Assembly (NCBI GenBank): GCA_964016885.1
Contig: OZ024761.1
Coordinates: forward strand, 18,166,001-18,230,000
DNA from: Eledone cirrhosa
Taxonomy: Eukaryota
Direction of reading: 5' to 3'
DNA: 64,000 bases
The notes beneath the pieces are model-generated. The model did no database searches, was not told the origin of the DNA, and saw only the letters and a program-made list of their open reading frames with translations. The position numbers and the translations under genes were made by a program. Shown here one piece after another: positions 20,579 through 36,000 of the stretch (position 1 is the first letter of the stretch; every line of letters begins with the position of its first letter).

Positions 20579-23500
20579 ATACATATATATTTATACACAC
20601 ATACATACAAATATATATATTTCTATGAGTCACGGTTTATTACACATTGGAGACAGAGTGAGAGATTTAGCTGTCATTTTTAGCAGATTTAGAAACTTCG
20701 CAAACGCTTTATTTTTTTCTTACTGCCGGTACTCTGAACACGATTTGAAATGACTGGAGTGAGTTTATAAAAGGGTAAACTGAAATAGTTGCACCGGTAA
20801 TATATTTAGTGTTACACCGGTATTTTTGAAACAATCTCTTTTCGCATTCGCTTGTAAGAGGTAACGTTTTCTATGCCGTCTCTGTTAGTGTAGAACTGTA
20901 GGTTGACTTTTACAACTCTTTGTCAACATGCATATTATTATTATATACTTACAAACACACTTACATATATTATATTTATACACATATAGGATTTTACTAA
21001 GTTTTTATTCTTTCTAATGTGAAGAGATAGAAATAAGTTTAAACTAAAGTATAATGATATAACAACAGTATATAATAGTTTTCTCCACTTTATTGAGATG
21101 CAAACGTTTTAAAGAAAAAACATGACAGTATAAGAAATAATTACTATCATAATATATAATATTTCAGGTAGTATGGTCGTTTCTCTTGTCTTCCACCTAG
21201 TTGTAGATTCTTCATGTCCTCTCTAGCCATAATTATGTCGTCGACATATGCATAAGTTTGATTTCTTCTTGAATGAATTGCAAATCTTGAGGTAGCCTTC
21301 TTGGTACATTTATTAGCTTTAATTCGTGTTTACACTGCTTGTAATAATTCTTACGTTTTTGACTTTAGATGAAACATATATATGAAAACGTCTGTGGCTT
21401 TAGTATACCTTTAAGTTTGATTTCAATAGAAAAATACTTACTGAACATGTGTAACGCAATTATAACTGGAGCTACTAAGTTCCTAGCCACTAGAAAATCT
21501 ATTTGATAGAAGTTATTTCCTAGTTCTATGCACTGTCAATATCCCCTCTACTTTTTATATACTTGTGTTTGTTAAAGAAACATTCTCTGATTTAGAAACC
21601 ACGATCTTCTCGCACCATCGTTGTAGTAATTCTTGTTAAATGTTTTGTCTGGTCTATTGTCAATAAGTGGCCTTGTTTTCTGATTATTAATAAAGTTGAG
21701 TGGTCTACTGAATTGTCTAAATTATTGCCTATTTATAAGTTTTGTTTAACTGCCGATAACTTTAAAATCTATTTCTTAGGTTGCTAAGGCCTACAAACCT
21801 TATATCAGTGTCCCTTCTTTTGACACTTTCTACGAGTGAATGCTTAAATTGACATTTTATTTTGGGTTGTACTGCCTTATCCCACCTATAACAGCTTGAA
21901 GCAGATATAGTAAAAACAGGTACTTGACTGTGGAGATTGATATGAGTTAGATTGAACAAACCTCAACAATTATATTCAACATAACAGAAGAAAAAGGAAT
22001 TATAAGTAAAGTGCAAAATTAACGTTTAAAGACAAGAAAAGTATTTCTCTTTCTCTCTGGCAAAATAAATCAGCTGTTTTTAGACCTGGAGGAGGGGAGG
22101 ATTGACTCAGTCAGGTTTAAATGCCCACATGATGGTAATTACGGCACCCCTACAACAACAGTTAAATGTCTATAACCACCACGCATTTATGAGACTAAAA
22201 ACCTTGATAGTGTATTTTTATTTTGGTACAAAAGTTTTTTAAATAATTTCATCAGTTTTAATTCAAGTAAGTCCAATATAATGTATTTAAACGAATCTAG
22301 AGATAGGATTTCAATATCTGTCAGAGCTTATGAAATAGTAAAACAATTTTTTTTTTTTTTTTCTTCATTTATGTCAAATACCATGAGTTGTTCTTTATTA
22401 AATAAATGCTAAAATAGATTTAGTTAGTATGACTCTGAAATGTGTTCAGAAACGGTAATGTTATGTTTTCCTTAGAGCCTGTCTGTCTTACAGTATGTTT
22501 ACACACAATACATATACATAAATTAATTGTTTATTAGCTATATTCTTCTGTTTACACTCCTCGTAATGATTCGAGCGGTTTTGTTTTTGTTTTTTCTTCA
22601 GGAGAGACGTAGATAGAAAAACGTTTGTGGCTTTAGTATTGCTTATTTTTAAGTTTTGTTTAATTGCCGATAAATTTGAAATATATTTGTTAGGTTTCTT
22701 AGAACTACAAATCTTTCTTATGACACGTACTACGGAATAAATTCTTAGCTGGATACTTTACTTTGTGATTACTTTCCTCCCAAAGCCATAACAGCTTGAA
22801 TCAGATGTAGCAAAAACTTGTGAAGACTGACATGAGTTATGTTGAATATAAGTGTAGACGTAAAATATTTTTGTTTATTCAATCTAAAGGGAAGGAGAAA
22901 GAATTTTAAGTCAAGTGCAAAATTAACGTTTAAAGGCATAAGAAAGGTATCTCGCTTTCTCTCCTGTAACATAAATAGGCTGTTTTTAGACCAGGAGGAT
23001 GGGAGGATTGACTCAGTCAGATTTAAATGTACACATGACGGTAAATACGACAGCCCTACAACAACAGTTAAGTGTCTATAACAACCATGCATTTAAGAGA
23101 CTGAAAACCTTACGAATTTGTTTATATTTTGGTACATGAAAACAAAATTTAAAAACAAATTATATATTTAATTTCATGTAAGTCAAATACAATGTATTTA
23201 AATGAATCTACAGATGGAGTTGCAATATCTGCCAGGACTTTGAAATAGTGAAATATATAAAAATGTTTAATTAAAACTACTTTTCAAAGGAATAATAAAG
23301 ATATATACACACACACACACATCTCTAGTGGAGATATTTCTGAGATTGGAAACCCTATCGATGTATGTATTTTGTCACTGTAAAGTTATCAAAAAATTAT
23401 TATTATATATACATGTTTGCGTTTTTGACGTAAGTAAATTATGAGGTGTTCGATACCTGCCAGAGCTTATGAAATAGTAAAAGAATATTTTTCTCTTTTC

Positions 23501-25685
23501 AATTATGTCAAACATCGTATGTAGTTCTTTATTAAAGAAATGCTAAAATAGATTTAAATATATGAAATTTGCACAGTAGAATTACGGCCGCTTGGCGGGC
23601 GTCTGGTAAAGTGGTGGTAGTGTAGGTTCGAGCGGAGGGGGAACTAGAAGGGTGGCTTCGAGATGATCGTGGCCCCGGGTATCCCAGAAGATAGAGACCA
23701 ATATTTAAAATAAAAAAAATAAAAATGTTTTATATTTAAGATAAAGTAGAAGATCGAAACCCTATCTCCAAATCGATACACACTGAATTGATGCATAGAT
23801 ACACCACAACTATCCACACGGCTACCTACAGACCAACAAATACGGAGTGAAAATAAACACATTTAAAGCTATTTTATTGTTAGACTAAAAATAAGTTTAT
23901 ATATGTAAATATTCAAAAGAAAATCACTTAAGTCTTTATAGTCTAGTGGTAAGACATAGGACTGGGGAATGCCGTGGTTGGATTTCGAATCAACTTAAAA
24001 CATTAACTTTTTTTAACCTCACACTGTAAGGAATTTGCTTGATTTGAACACGTCGTCATACCATTTAAAGCTTTATTTTTCTCTTTCTAGTCGTAACACA
24101 GTCAGCATATAAATAAACGTGATTCACTTCAACACGTTGCCATACCATTTAAAACTTTATTTGGAGATGAGACAAAGACACATAAATACACCAAGTAGTA
24201 AACCCTTGATTGAACTTACTATGAAGATGAAGAATGTCTGTTAATATCAAAGTGACGTTAAATTTAGGTGTCACTTTCATTGTTTTTAGTTTACAGAAAC
24301 ACCTTAATATAATACAATGTACAAGATATATATATTAGAAGGAATATTTTTTTATTTTCTTGTTCCGTCAAACCTTGCGTTTATTCTACACACACACACG
24401 TCGAAACACTTGCTTAAGGTGGCTTTCTTAGAAATAATGAGAAGTGTTGGCTTGGTGGAGATTGATACAACTTTGGGTGATGTTACGAGGAGAGGCAAGG
24501 CTATGGAGAGTGTCTTAGTGGAAGAGATGACATCAGAGCAGTAACCTCCAAAGAGATGAAATTAGTGACTGAGATGCTATCATTGCATAGTTAAGAATAT
24601 ATATAACAAACATATACTATAAATTTAACAAGTCAAACTACAGTTATACTCTAACACGGAAGACAAATAAAACTTTACCTCTCTCATGCACGTCGTATCC
24701 AGTGTGTTGTTATAAGAAAACCGGTGAAACACTAAATATGCCACCAGTGTAGCGATTTTATACTCTCTCTCTCTCTCTGCTTCATCGTACCACCCAGTAA
24801 CATGAAACTGTGTTCAAATCCCTGGGAGGTAGAATTTCGTCGCTTTAAAATAAACACACTGGGGTCAGTTTGAATATTGATTTCATGTGAAAAATATATA
24901 CATATTATGATTGTACTCCGAACTATCAATATTGAAACAATTTTAATGTGCCAATAAAATTTATATATATATATACAGCAACAGTGTTTTCGATCTTTCT
25001 TACTTTTTTATTCACACTCTACAGTCACTTTAACTCTGTAATAAAACCCAACACGAGACGAACGTTAACTGCAGTTACCCACGAAATTAACGCACACACA
25101 AATGAATATATATATATACTACCAAAATGTATGTAAAATTAAAAAATAAATACTTAAATTCAATGTATGTATAATTACACATACAATACGTTTTGTTGTA
25201 AAACCCTAAATAATAATTTAAGAAATGATGTTAATCTCTTTGTACAGAGATAAACATTAATTTATGTGTGTGCGTATATACTCCATTTAAGACAGCGAAA
25301 AAACCAGTACCTCCTTCGAAGAATGCCAAAAAGTTTATGCCTCAGGTATACCGGTGTAACACTAATTAAGTTACCGGTGTAGATATTTCAGTTGAACCGT
25401 GCTTCAACAAACTACCCGGTAATTTGAAATCGAGTTTAGAGTGAGGGGGTGTAAAACAGAATTCTGTTTGGAAAATAGTAAATTCTAAACCTGCTAGAAA
25501 CAGCCAAATGTCGTACTTTGGGTGCGACTCGTCTTACCTCTTCTAATATATATATATATATATAAATAAATATATATATATGTGTGTGTGTAGATTCACA
25601 GGTCGCGTCGGAGAGAAACCACAATAAATACAATGTACTCAATAGATTGGCACAGTATATATGTGTGTGTGTGTACATATAAATA

Positions 25686-25733
<48 letters not shown>

Positions 25734-25833
25734 AATGTATATATACATATAAATACTTATATATATACATAAACATATGTATACATACACACATATATAG
25801 ATATATATGTGCGTATATATATATATCTGTGTG

Positions 25834-25905
<72 letters not shown>

Positions 25906-26745
25906 CATATATATTACTTTCACTGTTCTTTCTAGCATAAAAAAGAAAAACCGGAAGGGTAGAAAATTGAAAAACTTCTTCTTTTTCCCTCCTCTAACTT
26001 TTCAAACAAAAGGAAATTTTATGTAAACAAAAACGAAATTTTTGCCAAGAAAGATAACTCTTCTCTGACTTAAATCCAAAATTGGGATACAAAATAAATT
26101 CCGCAATTTTTTGTATCCCAATTTTGGATTTAAGTCAGAGAAGAGTTATCTTTCTTGGCAAAAATTTCGTTTTTGTTTACATAAAATTTTCTTTTGTTTG
26201 AAAAGTTAGAGGGGGGAAAAAGAAGAAGTTTTTCAATTTTCTCCACTTCCGGTTTTTTCTAGTGTATACTAGAAATAGCAGTCAAAACAATATATATATA
26301 TATATATATATATGCCTTTTTTGTGACAATATATATTGTTTTAACGCTAGATTATTAACAACAATATATTGTATTTGTTGGCCTATTGGACGCATAAGAC
26401 GCTCACTCGATTTTTATTATATTTTACGTTGTATTTTGAGGTTTATAGGCATTTCTATGGACCACCTACAATATTCGCGGTTTTTCACTGTTCTCGGGTT
26501 CTCTAGGACTGTAAACCCCACGAATGCCGGGGGAGGGGTAATTCTATATGAATATATCGACTAATAATATACAGTATAATTATACGAGTATGCATATAGA
26601 TTGCAATATATATATACACTAATATATATACATATTTACACATATATGTACATATATATATAGACACACATGTATATATATGCATGTATGTATATATGTA
26701 TACATATATATACATATATATACATATATATATATGCATGTATGT

Positions 26746-26788
<43 letters not shown>

Positions 26789-26825
26789 GACGTGTGTGTG
26801 TGTGTGTGTGTACATTCTTAGGTAT
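20579..26825 (+). repeat. Unit 4
   Basis: Anchor at 20627; unit-2-like alleles from ~23970. Confidence 0.93.
25914..26290. repeat. 377-bp palindrome, unit 4
   Basis: Same inverted arms. Confidence 0.95.
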
Positions 26826-29800
26826 ATACATATATATTTATACACACATACATACAAATATATATATTTCTATGAGTCACGGTTTATTACACATTGGAGA
26901 CAGAGTGAGAGATTTAGCTGTCATTTTTAGCAGATTTAGAAACTTCGCAAACGCTTTATTTTTTTCTTACTGCCGGTACTCTGAACACGATTTGAAATGA
27001 CTGGAGTGAGTTTATAAAAGGGTAAACTGAAATAGTTGCACCGGTAATATATTTAGTGTTACACCGGTATTTTTGAAACAATCTCTTTTCGCATTCGCTT
27101 GTAAGAGGTAACGTTTTCTATGCCGTCTATGTTAGTGTAGAACTGCAGGTTGACTTGCTTGGTTTTTACAACTCTTTGTCAACATGCATATTATTATATA
27201 CTTACAAACACACTTACATATATTATATTTATACACATATAGGATTTTACTAAGTTTTTATTCTTTCTAATGTGAAGAGATAGAAATAAGTTTAAACTAA
27301 AGTATAATGATATAACAACAGTATATAATAGTTTTCTCCACTTTATTGAGATGCAAACGTTTTAAAGAAAAAACATGACAGTATAAGAAATAATTACTAT
27401 CATAATATATAATATTTCAGGTAGTATGGTCGTTTCTCTTGTCTTCCACCTAGTTGTAGATTCTTCATGTCCTCTCTAGCCATAATTATGTCGTCGACAT
27501 ATGCATAAGTTTGATTTCTTCTTGAATGAATTGCAAATCTTGAGGTAGCCTTCTTGGTACATTTATTAGCTTTAATTCGTGTTTACACTGCTTGTAATAA
27601 TTCTTACGTTTTTGACTTTAGATGAAACATATATATGAAAACGTCTGTGGCTTTAGTATACCTTTAAGTTTGATTTCAATAGAAAAATACTTACTGAACA
27701 TGTGTAACGCAATTATAACTGGAGCTACTAAGTTCCTAGCCACTAGAAAATCTATTTGATAGAAGTTATTTCCTAGTTCTATGCACTGTCAATATCCCCT
27801 CTACTTTTTATATACTTGTGTTTGTTAAAGAAACATTCTCTGATTTAGAAACCACGATCTTCTCGCACCATCGTTGTAGTAATTCTTGTTAAATGTTTTG
27901 TCTGGTCTATTGTCAATAAGTGGCCTTGTTTTCTGATTATTAATAAAGTTGAGTGGTCTACTGAATTGTCTAAATTATTGCCTATTTATAAGTTTTGTTT
28001 AACTGCCGATAACTTTAAAATCTATTTCTTAGGTTGCTAAGGCCTACAAACCTTATATCAGTGTCCCTTCTTTTGACACTTTCTACGAGTGAATGCTTAA
28101 ATTGACATTTTATTTTGGGTTGTACTGCCTTATCCCACCTATAACAGCTTGAAGCAGATATAGTAAAAACAGGTACTTGACTGTGGAGATTGATATGAGT
28201 TAGATTGAACAAACCTCAACAATTATATTCAACATAACAGAAGAAAAAGGAATTATAAGTAAAGTGCAAAATTAACGTTTAAAGACAAGAAAAGTATTTC
28301 TCTTTCTCTCTGGCAAAATAAATCAGCTGTTTTTAGACCTGGAGGAGGGGAGGATTGACTCAGTCAGGTTTAAATGCCCACATGATGGTAATTACGGCAC
28401 CCCTACAACAACAGTTAAATGTCTATAACCACCACGCATTTATGAGACTAAAAACCTTGATAGTGTATTTTTATTTTGGTACAAAAGTTTTTTAAATAAT
28501 TTCATCAGTTTTAATTCAAGTAAGTCCAATATAATGTATTTAAACGAATCTAGAGATAGGATTTCAATATCTGTCAGAGCTTATGAAATAGTAAAACAAT
28601 TTTTTTTTTTTTTTTCTTCATTTATGTCAAATACCATGAGTTGTTCTTTATTAAATAAATGCTAAAATAGATTTAGTTAGTATGACTCTGAAATGTGTTC
28701 AGAAACGGTAATGTTATGTTTTCCTTAGAGCCTGTCTGTCTTACAGTATGTTTACACACAATACATATACATAAATTAATTGTTTATTAGCTATATTCTT
28801 CTGTTTACACTCCTCGTAATGATTCGAGCGGTTTTGTTTTTGTTTTTTCTTCAGGAGAGACGTAGATAGAAAAACGTTTGTGGCTTTAGTATTGCTTATT
28901 TTTAAGTTTTGTTTAATTGCCGATAAATTTGAAATATATTTGTTAGGTTTCTTAGAACTACAAATCTTTCTTATGACACGTACTACGGAATAAATTCTTA
29001 GCTGGATACTTTACTTTGTGATTACTTTCCTCCCAAAGCCATAACAGCTTGAATCAGATGTAGCAAAAACTTGTGAAGACTGACATGAGTTATGTTGAAT
29101 ATAAGTGTAGACGTAAAATATTTTTGTTTATTCAATCTAAAGGGAAGGAGAAAGAATTTTAAGTCAAGTGCAAAATTAACGTTTAAAGGCATAAGAAAGG
29201 TATCTCGCTTTCTCTCCTGTAACATAAATAGGCTGTTTTTAGACCAGGAGGATGGGAGGATTGACTCAGTCAGATTTAAATGTACACATGACGGTAAATA
29301 CGACAGCCCTACAACAACAGTTAAGTGTCTATAACAACCATGCATTTAAGAGACTGAAAACCTTACGAATTTGTTTATATTTTGGTACATGAAAACAAAA
29401 TTTAAAAACAAATTATATATTTAATTTCATGTAAGTCAAATACAATGTATTTAAATGAATCTACAGATGGAGTTGCAATATCTGCCAGGACTTTGAAATA
29501 GTGAAATATATAAAAATGTTTAATTAAAACTACTTTTCAAAGGAATAATAAAGATATATACACACACACACACATCTCTAGTGGAGATATTTCTGAGATT
29601 GGAAACCCTATCGATGTATGTATTTTGTCACTGTAAAGTTATCAAAAAATTATTATTATATATACATGTTTGCGTTTTTGACGTAAGTAAATTATGAGGT
29701 GTTCGATACCTGCCAGAGCTTATGAAATAGTAAAAGAATATTTTTCTCTTTTCAATTATGTCAAACATCGTATGTAGTTCTTTATTAAAGAAATGCTAAA

Positions 29801-31934
29801 ATAGATTTAAATATATGAAATTTGCACAGTAGAATTACGGCCGCTTGGCGGGCGTCTGGTAAAGTGGTGGTAGTGTAGGTTCGAGCGGAGGGGGAACTAG
29901 AAGGGTGGCTTCGAGATGATCGTGGCCCCGGGTATCCCAGAAGATAGAGACCAATATTTAAAATAAAAAAAATAAAAATGTTTTATATTTAAGATAAAGT
30001 AGAAGATCGAAACCCTATCTCCAAATCGATACACACTGAATTGATGCATAGATACACCACAACTATCCACACGGCTACCTACAGACCAACAAATACGGAG
30101 TGAAAATAAACACATTTAAAGCTATTTTATTGTTAGACTAAAAATAAGTTTATATATGTAAATATTCAAAAGAAAATCACTTAAGTCTTTATAGTCTAGT
30201 GGTAAGACATAGGACTGGGGAATGCCGTAGTTGGATTTCGAATCAACTTAAAACATTAACTTTTTTTATCCTCACACTGTAAGGAATTTGCTTGATTTGA
30301 ACACGTAGTCATACCATTTGAAGCTTTATTTTTCTCTTTCTAGTCGTAACACAGTCAGCATATAAATAAACGTGATTCACTTCAACACGTTGCCATACCA
30401 TTTAAAACTTTATTTGGAGATGAGACAAAGACACATAAATACACCAAGTAGTAAACCCTTGATTGAACTTACTATGAAGATGAAGAATGTCTGTTAATAT
30501 CAAAGTGACGTTAAATTTAGGTGTCACTTTCATTGTTTTTAATTTACAGAAACACCTTAATATAATACAATGTACAAGATATATATATTAGAAGGAATAT
30601 TTTTTATTTTCTTGTTTCGTCAAACCTTGCGTTTATTCTACACACACACACGTCGAAACACTTGCTTAAGGTGGCTTTCTTAGAGATAATGAGAAGTGTT
30701 GGCTTGGTGGAGATTGATACAACTTTGGGTGATGTTACGAGGAGAGGCAAGGCTATGGAGAGTGTCTTAGTGGAAGAGATGACATCAGAGCAGTAACCTC
30801 CAAAGAGATGAAATTAGTGACTGAGATGCTATCATTGCATAGTTAAGAATATATATAACAAACATATACTATAAATTTAACAAGTCAAACTACAGTTATA
30901 CTCTAACACGGAAGACAAATAAAACTTTACCTCTCTCATGCACGTCGTATCCAGTGTGTTGTTATAAGAAAACCGGTGAAACACTAAATATGCCACCAGT
31001 GTAGCGATTTTATACTCTCTCTCTGCTTCATCGTACCACCCAGTAACATGAAACTGTGTTCAAATCCCTGGGAGGTAGAATTTCGTCGCTTTAAAATAAA
31101 CACACTGGGGTCAGTTTGAATATTGATTTCATGTGAAAAATATATACATATTATGATTGTACTCCGAACTATCAATATTGAAACAATTTTAATGTGCCAA
31201 TAAAATTTATATATATATATACAGCAACAGTGTTTTCGATCTTTCTTACTTTTTTTATTCACACTCTACAGTCACTTTAACTCTGTAATAAAACCCAACA
31301 CGAGACGAACGTTAACTGCAGTTACCCACGAAATTAACGCACACACAAATGAATATATATATATACTACTAAAATGTATGTAAAATTAAAAAATAAATAC
31401 TTAAATTCAATGTATGTATAATTACACATACAATACGTTTTGTTGTAAAACCCTAAATAATAATTTAAGAAATGATGTTAATCTCTTTGTACAGAGATAA
31501 ACATTAATTTATGTGTGTGCGTATATACACCATTTAAGACAGCGAAAAAACCAGTACCTCCTTCGAAGAATGCCAAATAGTTTATGCCTCAGGTATACCG
31601 GTGTAACACTAATTAAGTTACCGGTGTAGATATTTCAGTTGAACCGTGCTTCAACAAACTACCCGGTAATTTGAAATCGAGTTTAGAGTGAGGGGGTGTA
31701 AAACAGAATTCTGTTTGGAAAATAGTAAATTCTAAACCTGCAAGAAACAGCCAAATGTCGTACTTTGGGTGCGACTCGTCTTACCTCTTCTAATATATAT
31801 ATATATATATAAATAAATATATATATATGTGTGTGTGTAGATTCACAGGTCGCGTCGGAGAGAAACCACAATAAATACAATGTACTCAATAGATTGGCAC
31901 AGTATATATGTGTGTGTGTGTGTACATATAAATA

Positions 31935-31969
<35 letters not shown>

Positions 31970-32112
31970 GTATAAATGTATATATACATATAAATACTTA
32001 TATATATACATAAACATATGTATACATACACACATATATAGATATATATGTGTGTATATATATATATCTGTGTGTTTATTTCTATATATATATATATATA
32101 TGTGTGTGTGTG

Positions 32113-32143
<31 letters not shown>

Positions 32144-32523
32144 CATATATATTACTTTCACTGTTCTTTCTAGCATAAAAAAGAAAAACCGGAAGGGTAG
32201 AAAATTGAAAAACTTCTTCTTTTTCCCTCCTCTAACTTTTCAAACAAAAGGAAATTTTATGTAAACAAAAACGAAATTTTTGCCAAGAAAGATAACTCTT
32301 CTCTGACTTAAATCCAAAATTGGGATACAAAATAAATTCCGCAATTTTTTGTATCCCAATTTTGGATTTAAGTCAGAGAAGAGTTATCTTTCTTGGCAAA
32401 AATTTCGTTTTTGTTTACATAAAATTTTCTTTTGTTTGAAAAGTTAGAGGGGTGAAAAAGAAGAAGTTTTTCAATTTTCTCCACTTCCGGTTTTTTCTAG
32501 TGTATGCTAGAAATAGCAGTCAA

Positions 32524-32564
<41 letters not shown>

Positions 32565-32991
32565 TTTTTTGTGACAATATATATTGTTTTAACGCTAGAT
32601 TATTAACAACAATATATTGTATTTGTTGGCCTATTGGACGCATAAGACGCTCACTCGATTTTTATTATATTTTACGTTGTATTTTGAGGTTTATAGGCAT
32701 TTCTATGGACCACCTACAATATTCGCGGTTTTCCACTGTTCTCGGGTTCTCTAGGACTGTAAACCCCACGAATGCCGGGGGAGGGGTAATTGTATATGAA
32801 TATATCGACTAATAATATACAGTATAATTATACGAGTATGCATATACATTGCAATATATATATACACTAATATATATACATATTTACACATATATGTACA
32901 TATATATATATATAGACACACATGTATATATATATATGCATGTATGTATATATGTATACATATATATACATATATATATATGCATGTATGT

Positions 32992-33034
<43 letters not shown>

Positions 33035-33069
33035 GACGTGTGTGTGTGTGTGTGTACATTCTTAGGTAT
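26826..33069 (+). repeat. Unit 5
   Basis: Anchor at 26874. Confidence 0.93.
32152..32528. repeat. 377-bp palindrome, unit 5
   Basis: Same inverted arms. Confidence 0.95.
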
Positions 33070-36000
33070 ATACATATATATTTATACACACATACATACA
33101 AATATATATATTTCTATGAGTCACGGTTTATTACACATTGGAGACAGAGTGAGAGATTTAGCTGTCATTTTTAGCAGATTTAGAAACTTCGCAAACGCTT
33201 TATTTTTTTCTTACTGCCGGTACTCTGAACACGATTTGAAATGACTGGAGTGAGTTTATAAAAGGGTAAACTGAAATAGTTGCACCGGTAATATATTTAG
33301 TGTTACACCGGTATTTTTGAAACAATCTCTTTTCGCATTCGCTTGTAAGAGGTAACGTTTTCTATGCCGTCTCTGTTAGTGTAGAACTGTAGGTTGACTT
33401 TTACAACTCTTTGTCAACATGCATATTATTATTATATACTTACAAACACACTTACATATATTATATTTATACACATATAGGATTTTACTAAGTTTTTATT
33501 CTTTCTAATGTGAAGAGATAGAAATAAGTTTAAACTAAAGTATAATGATATAACAACAGTATATAATAGTTTTCTCCACTTTATTGAGATGCAAACGTTT
33601 TAAAGAAAAAACATGACAGTATAAGAAATAATTACTATCATAATATATAATATTTCAGGTAGTATGGTCGTTTCTCTTGTCTTCCACCTAGTTGTAGATT
33701 CTTCATGTCCTCTCTAGCCATAATTATGTCGTCGACATATGCATAAGTTTGATTTCTTCTTGAATGAATTGCAAATCTTGAGGTAGCCTTCTTGGTACAT
33801 TTATTAGCTTTAATTCGTGTTTACACTGCTTGTAATAATTCTTACGTTTTTGACTTTAGATGAAACATATATATGAAAACGTCTGTGGCTTTAGTATACC
33901 TTTAAGTTTGATTTCAATAGAAAAATACTTACTGAACATGTGTAACGCAATTATAACTGGAGCTACTAAGTTCCTAGCCACTAGAAAATCTATTTGATAG
34001 AAGTTATTTCCTAGTTCTATGCACTGTCAATATCCCCTCTACTTTTTATATACTTGTGTTTGTTAAAGAAACATTCTCTGATTTAGAAACCACGATCTTC
34101 TCGCACCATCGTTGTAGTAATTCTTGTTAAATGTTTTGTCTGGTCTATTGTCAATAAGTGGCCTTGTTTTCTGATTATTAATAAAGTTGAGTGGTCTACT
34201 GAATTGTCTAAATTATTGCCTATTTATAAGTTTTGTTTAACTGCCGATAACTTTAAAATCTATTTCTTAGGTTGCTAAGGCCTACAAACCTTATATCAGT
34301 GTCCCTTCTTTTGACACTTTCTACGAGTGAATGCTTAAATTGACATTTTATTTTGGGTTGTACTGCCTTATCCCACCTATAACAGCTTGAAGCAGATATA
34401 GTAAAAACAGGTACTTGACTGTGGAGATTGATATGAGTTAGATTGAACAAACCTCAACAATTATATTCAACATAACAGAAGAAAAAGGAATTATAAGTAA
34501 AGTGCAAAATTAACGTTTAAAGACAAGAAAAGTATTTCTCTTTCTCTCTGGCAAAATAAATCAGCTGTTTTTAGACCTGGAGGAGGGGAGGATTGACTCA
34601 GTCAGGTTTAAATGCCCACATGATGGTAATTACGGCACCCCTACAACAACAGTTAAATGTCTATAACCACCACGCATTTATGAGACTAAAAACCTTGATA
34701 GTGTATTTTTATTTTGGTACAAAAGTTTTTTAAATAATTTCATCAGTTTTAATTCAAGTAAGTCCAATATAATGTATTTAAACGAATCTAGAGATAGGAT
34801 TTCAATATCTGTCAGAGCTTATGAAATAGTAAAACAATTTTTTTTTTTTTTTTCTTCATTTATGTCAAATACCATGAGTTGTTCTTTATTAAATAAATGC
34901 TAAAATAGATTTAGTTAGTATGACTCTGAAATGTGTTCAGAAACGGTAATGTTATGTTTTCCTTAGAGCCTGTCTGTCTTACAGTATGTTTACACACAAT
35001 ACATATACATAAATTAATTGTTTATTAGCTATATTCTTCTGTTTACACTCCTCGTAATGATTCGAGCGGTTTTGTTTTTGTTTTTTCTTCAGGAGAGACG
35101 TAGATAGAAAAACGTTTGTGGCTTTAGTATTGCTTATTTTTAAGTTTTGTTTAATTGCCGATAAATTTGAAATATATTTGTTAGGTTTCTTAGAACTACA
35201 AATCTTTCTTATGACACGTACTACGGAATAAATTCTTAGCTGGATACTTTACTTTGTGATTACTTTCCTCCCAAAGCCATAACAGCTTGAATCAGATGTA
35301 GCAAAAACTTGTGAAGACTGACATGAGTTATGTTGAATATAAGTGTAGACGTAAAATATTTTTGTTTATTCAATCTAAAGGGAAGGAGAAAGAATTTTAA
35401 GTCAAGTGCAAAATTAACGTTTAAAGGCATAAGAAAGGTATCTCGCTTTCTCTCCTGTAACATAAATAGGCTGTTTTTAGACCAGGAGGATGGGAGGATT
35501 GACTCAGTCAGATTTAAATGTACACATGACGGTAAATACGACAGCCCTACAACAACAGTTAAGTGTCTATAACAACCATGCATTTAAGAGACTGAAAACC
35601 TTACGAATTTGTTTATATTTTGGTACATGAAAACAAAATTTAAAAACAAATTATATATTTAATTTCATGTAAGTCAAATACAATGTATTTAAATGAATCT
35701 ACAGATGGAGTTGCAATATCTGCCAGGACTTTGAAATAGTGAAATATATAAAAATGTTTAATTAAAACTACTTTTCAAAGGAATAATAAAGATATATACA
35801 CACACACACACATCTCTAGTGGAGATATTTCTGAGATTGGAAACCCTATCGATGTATGTATTTTGTCACTGTAAAGTTATCAAAAAATTATTATTATATA
35901 TACATGTTTGCGTTTTTGACGTAAGTAAATTATGAGGTGTTCGATACCTGCCAGAGCTTATGAAATAGTAAAAGAATATTTTTCTCTTTTCAATTATGTC

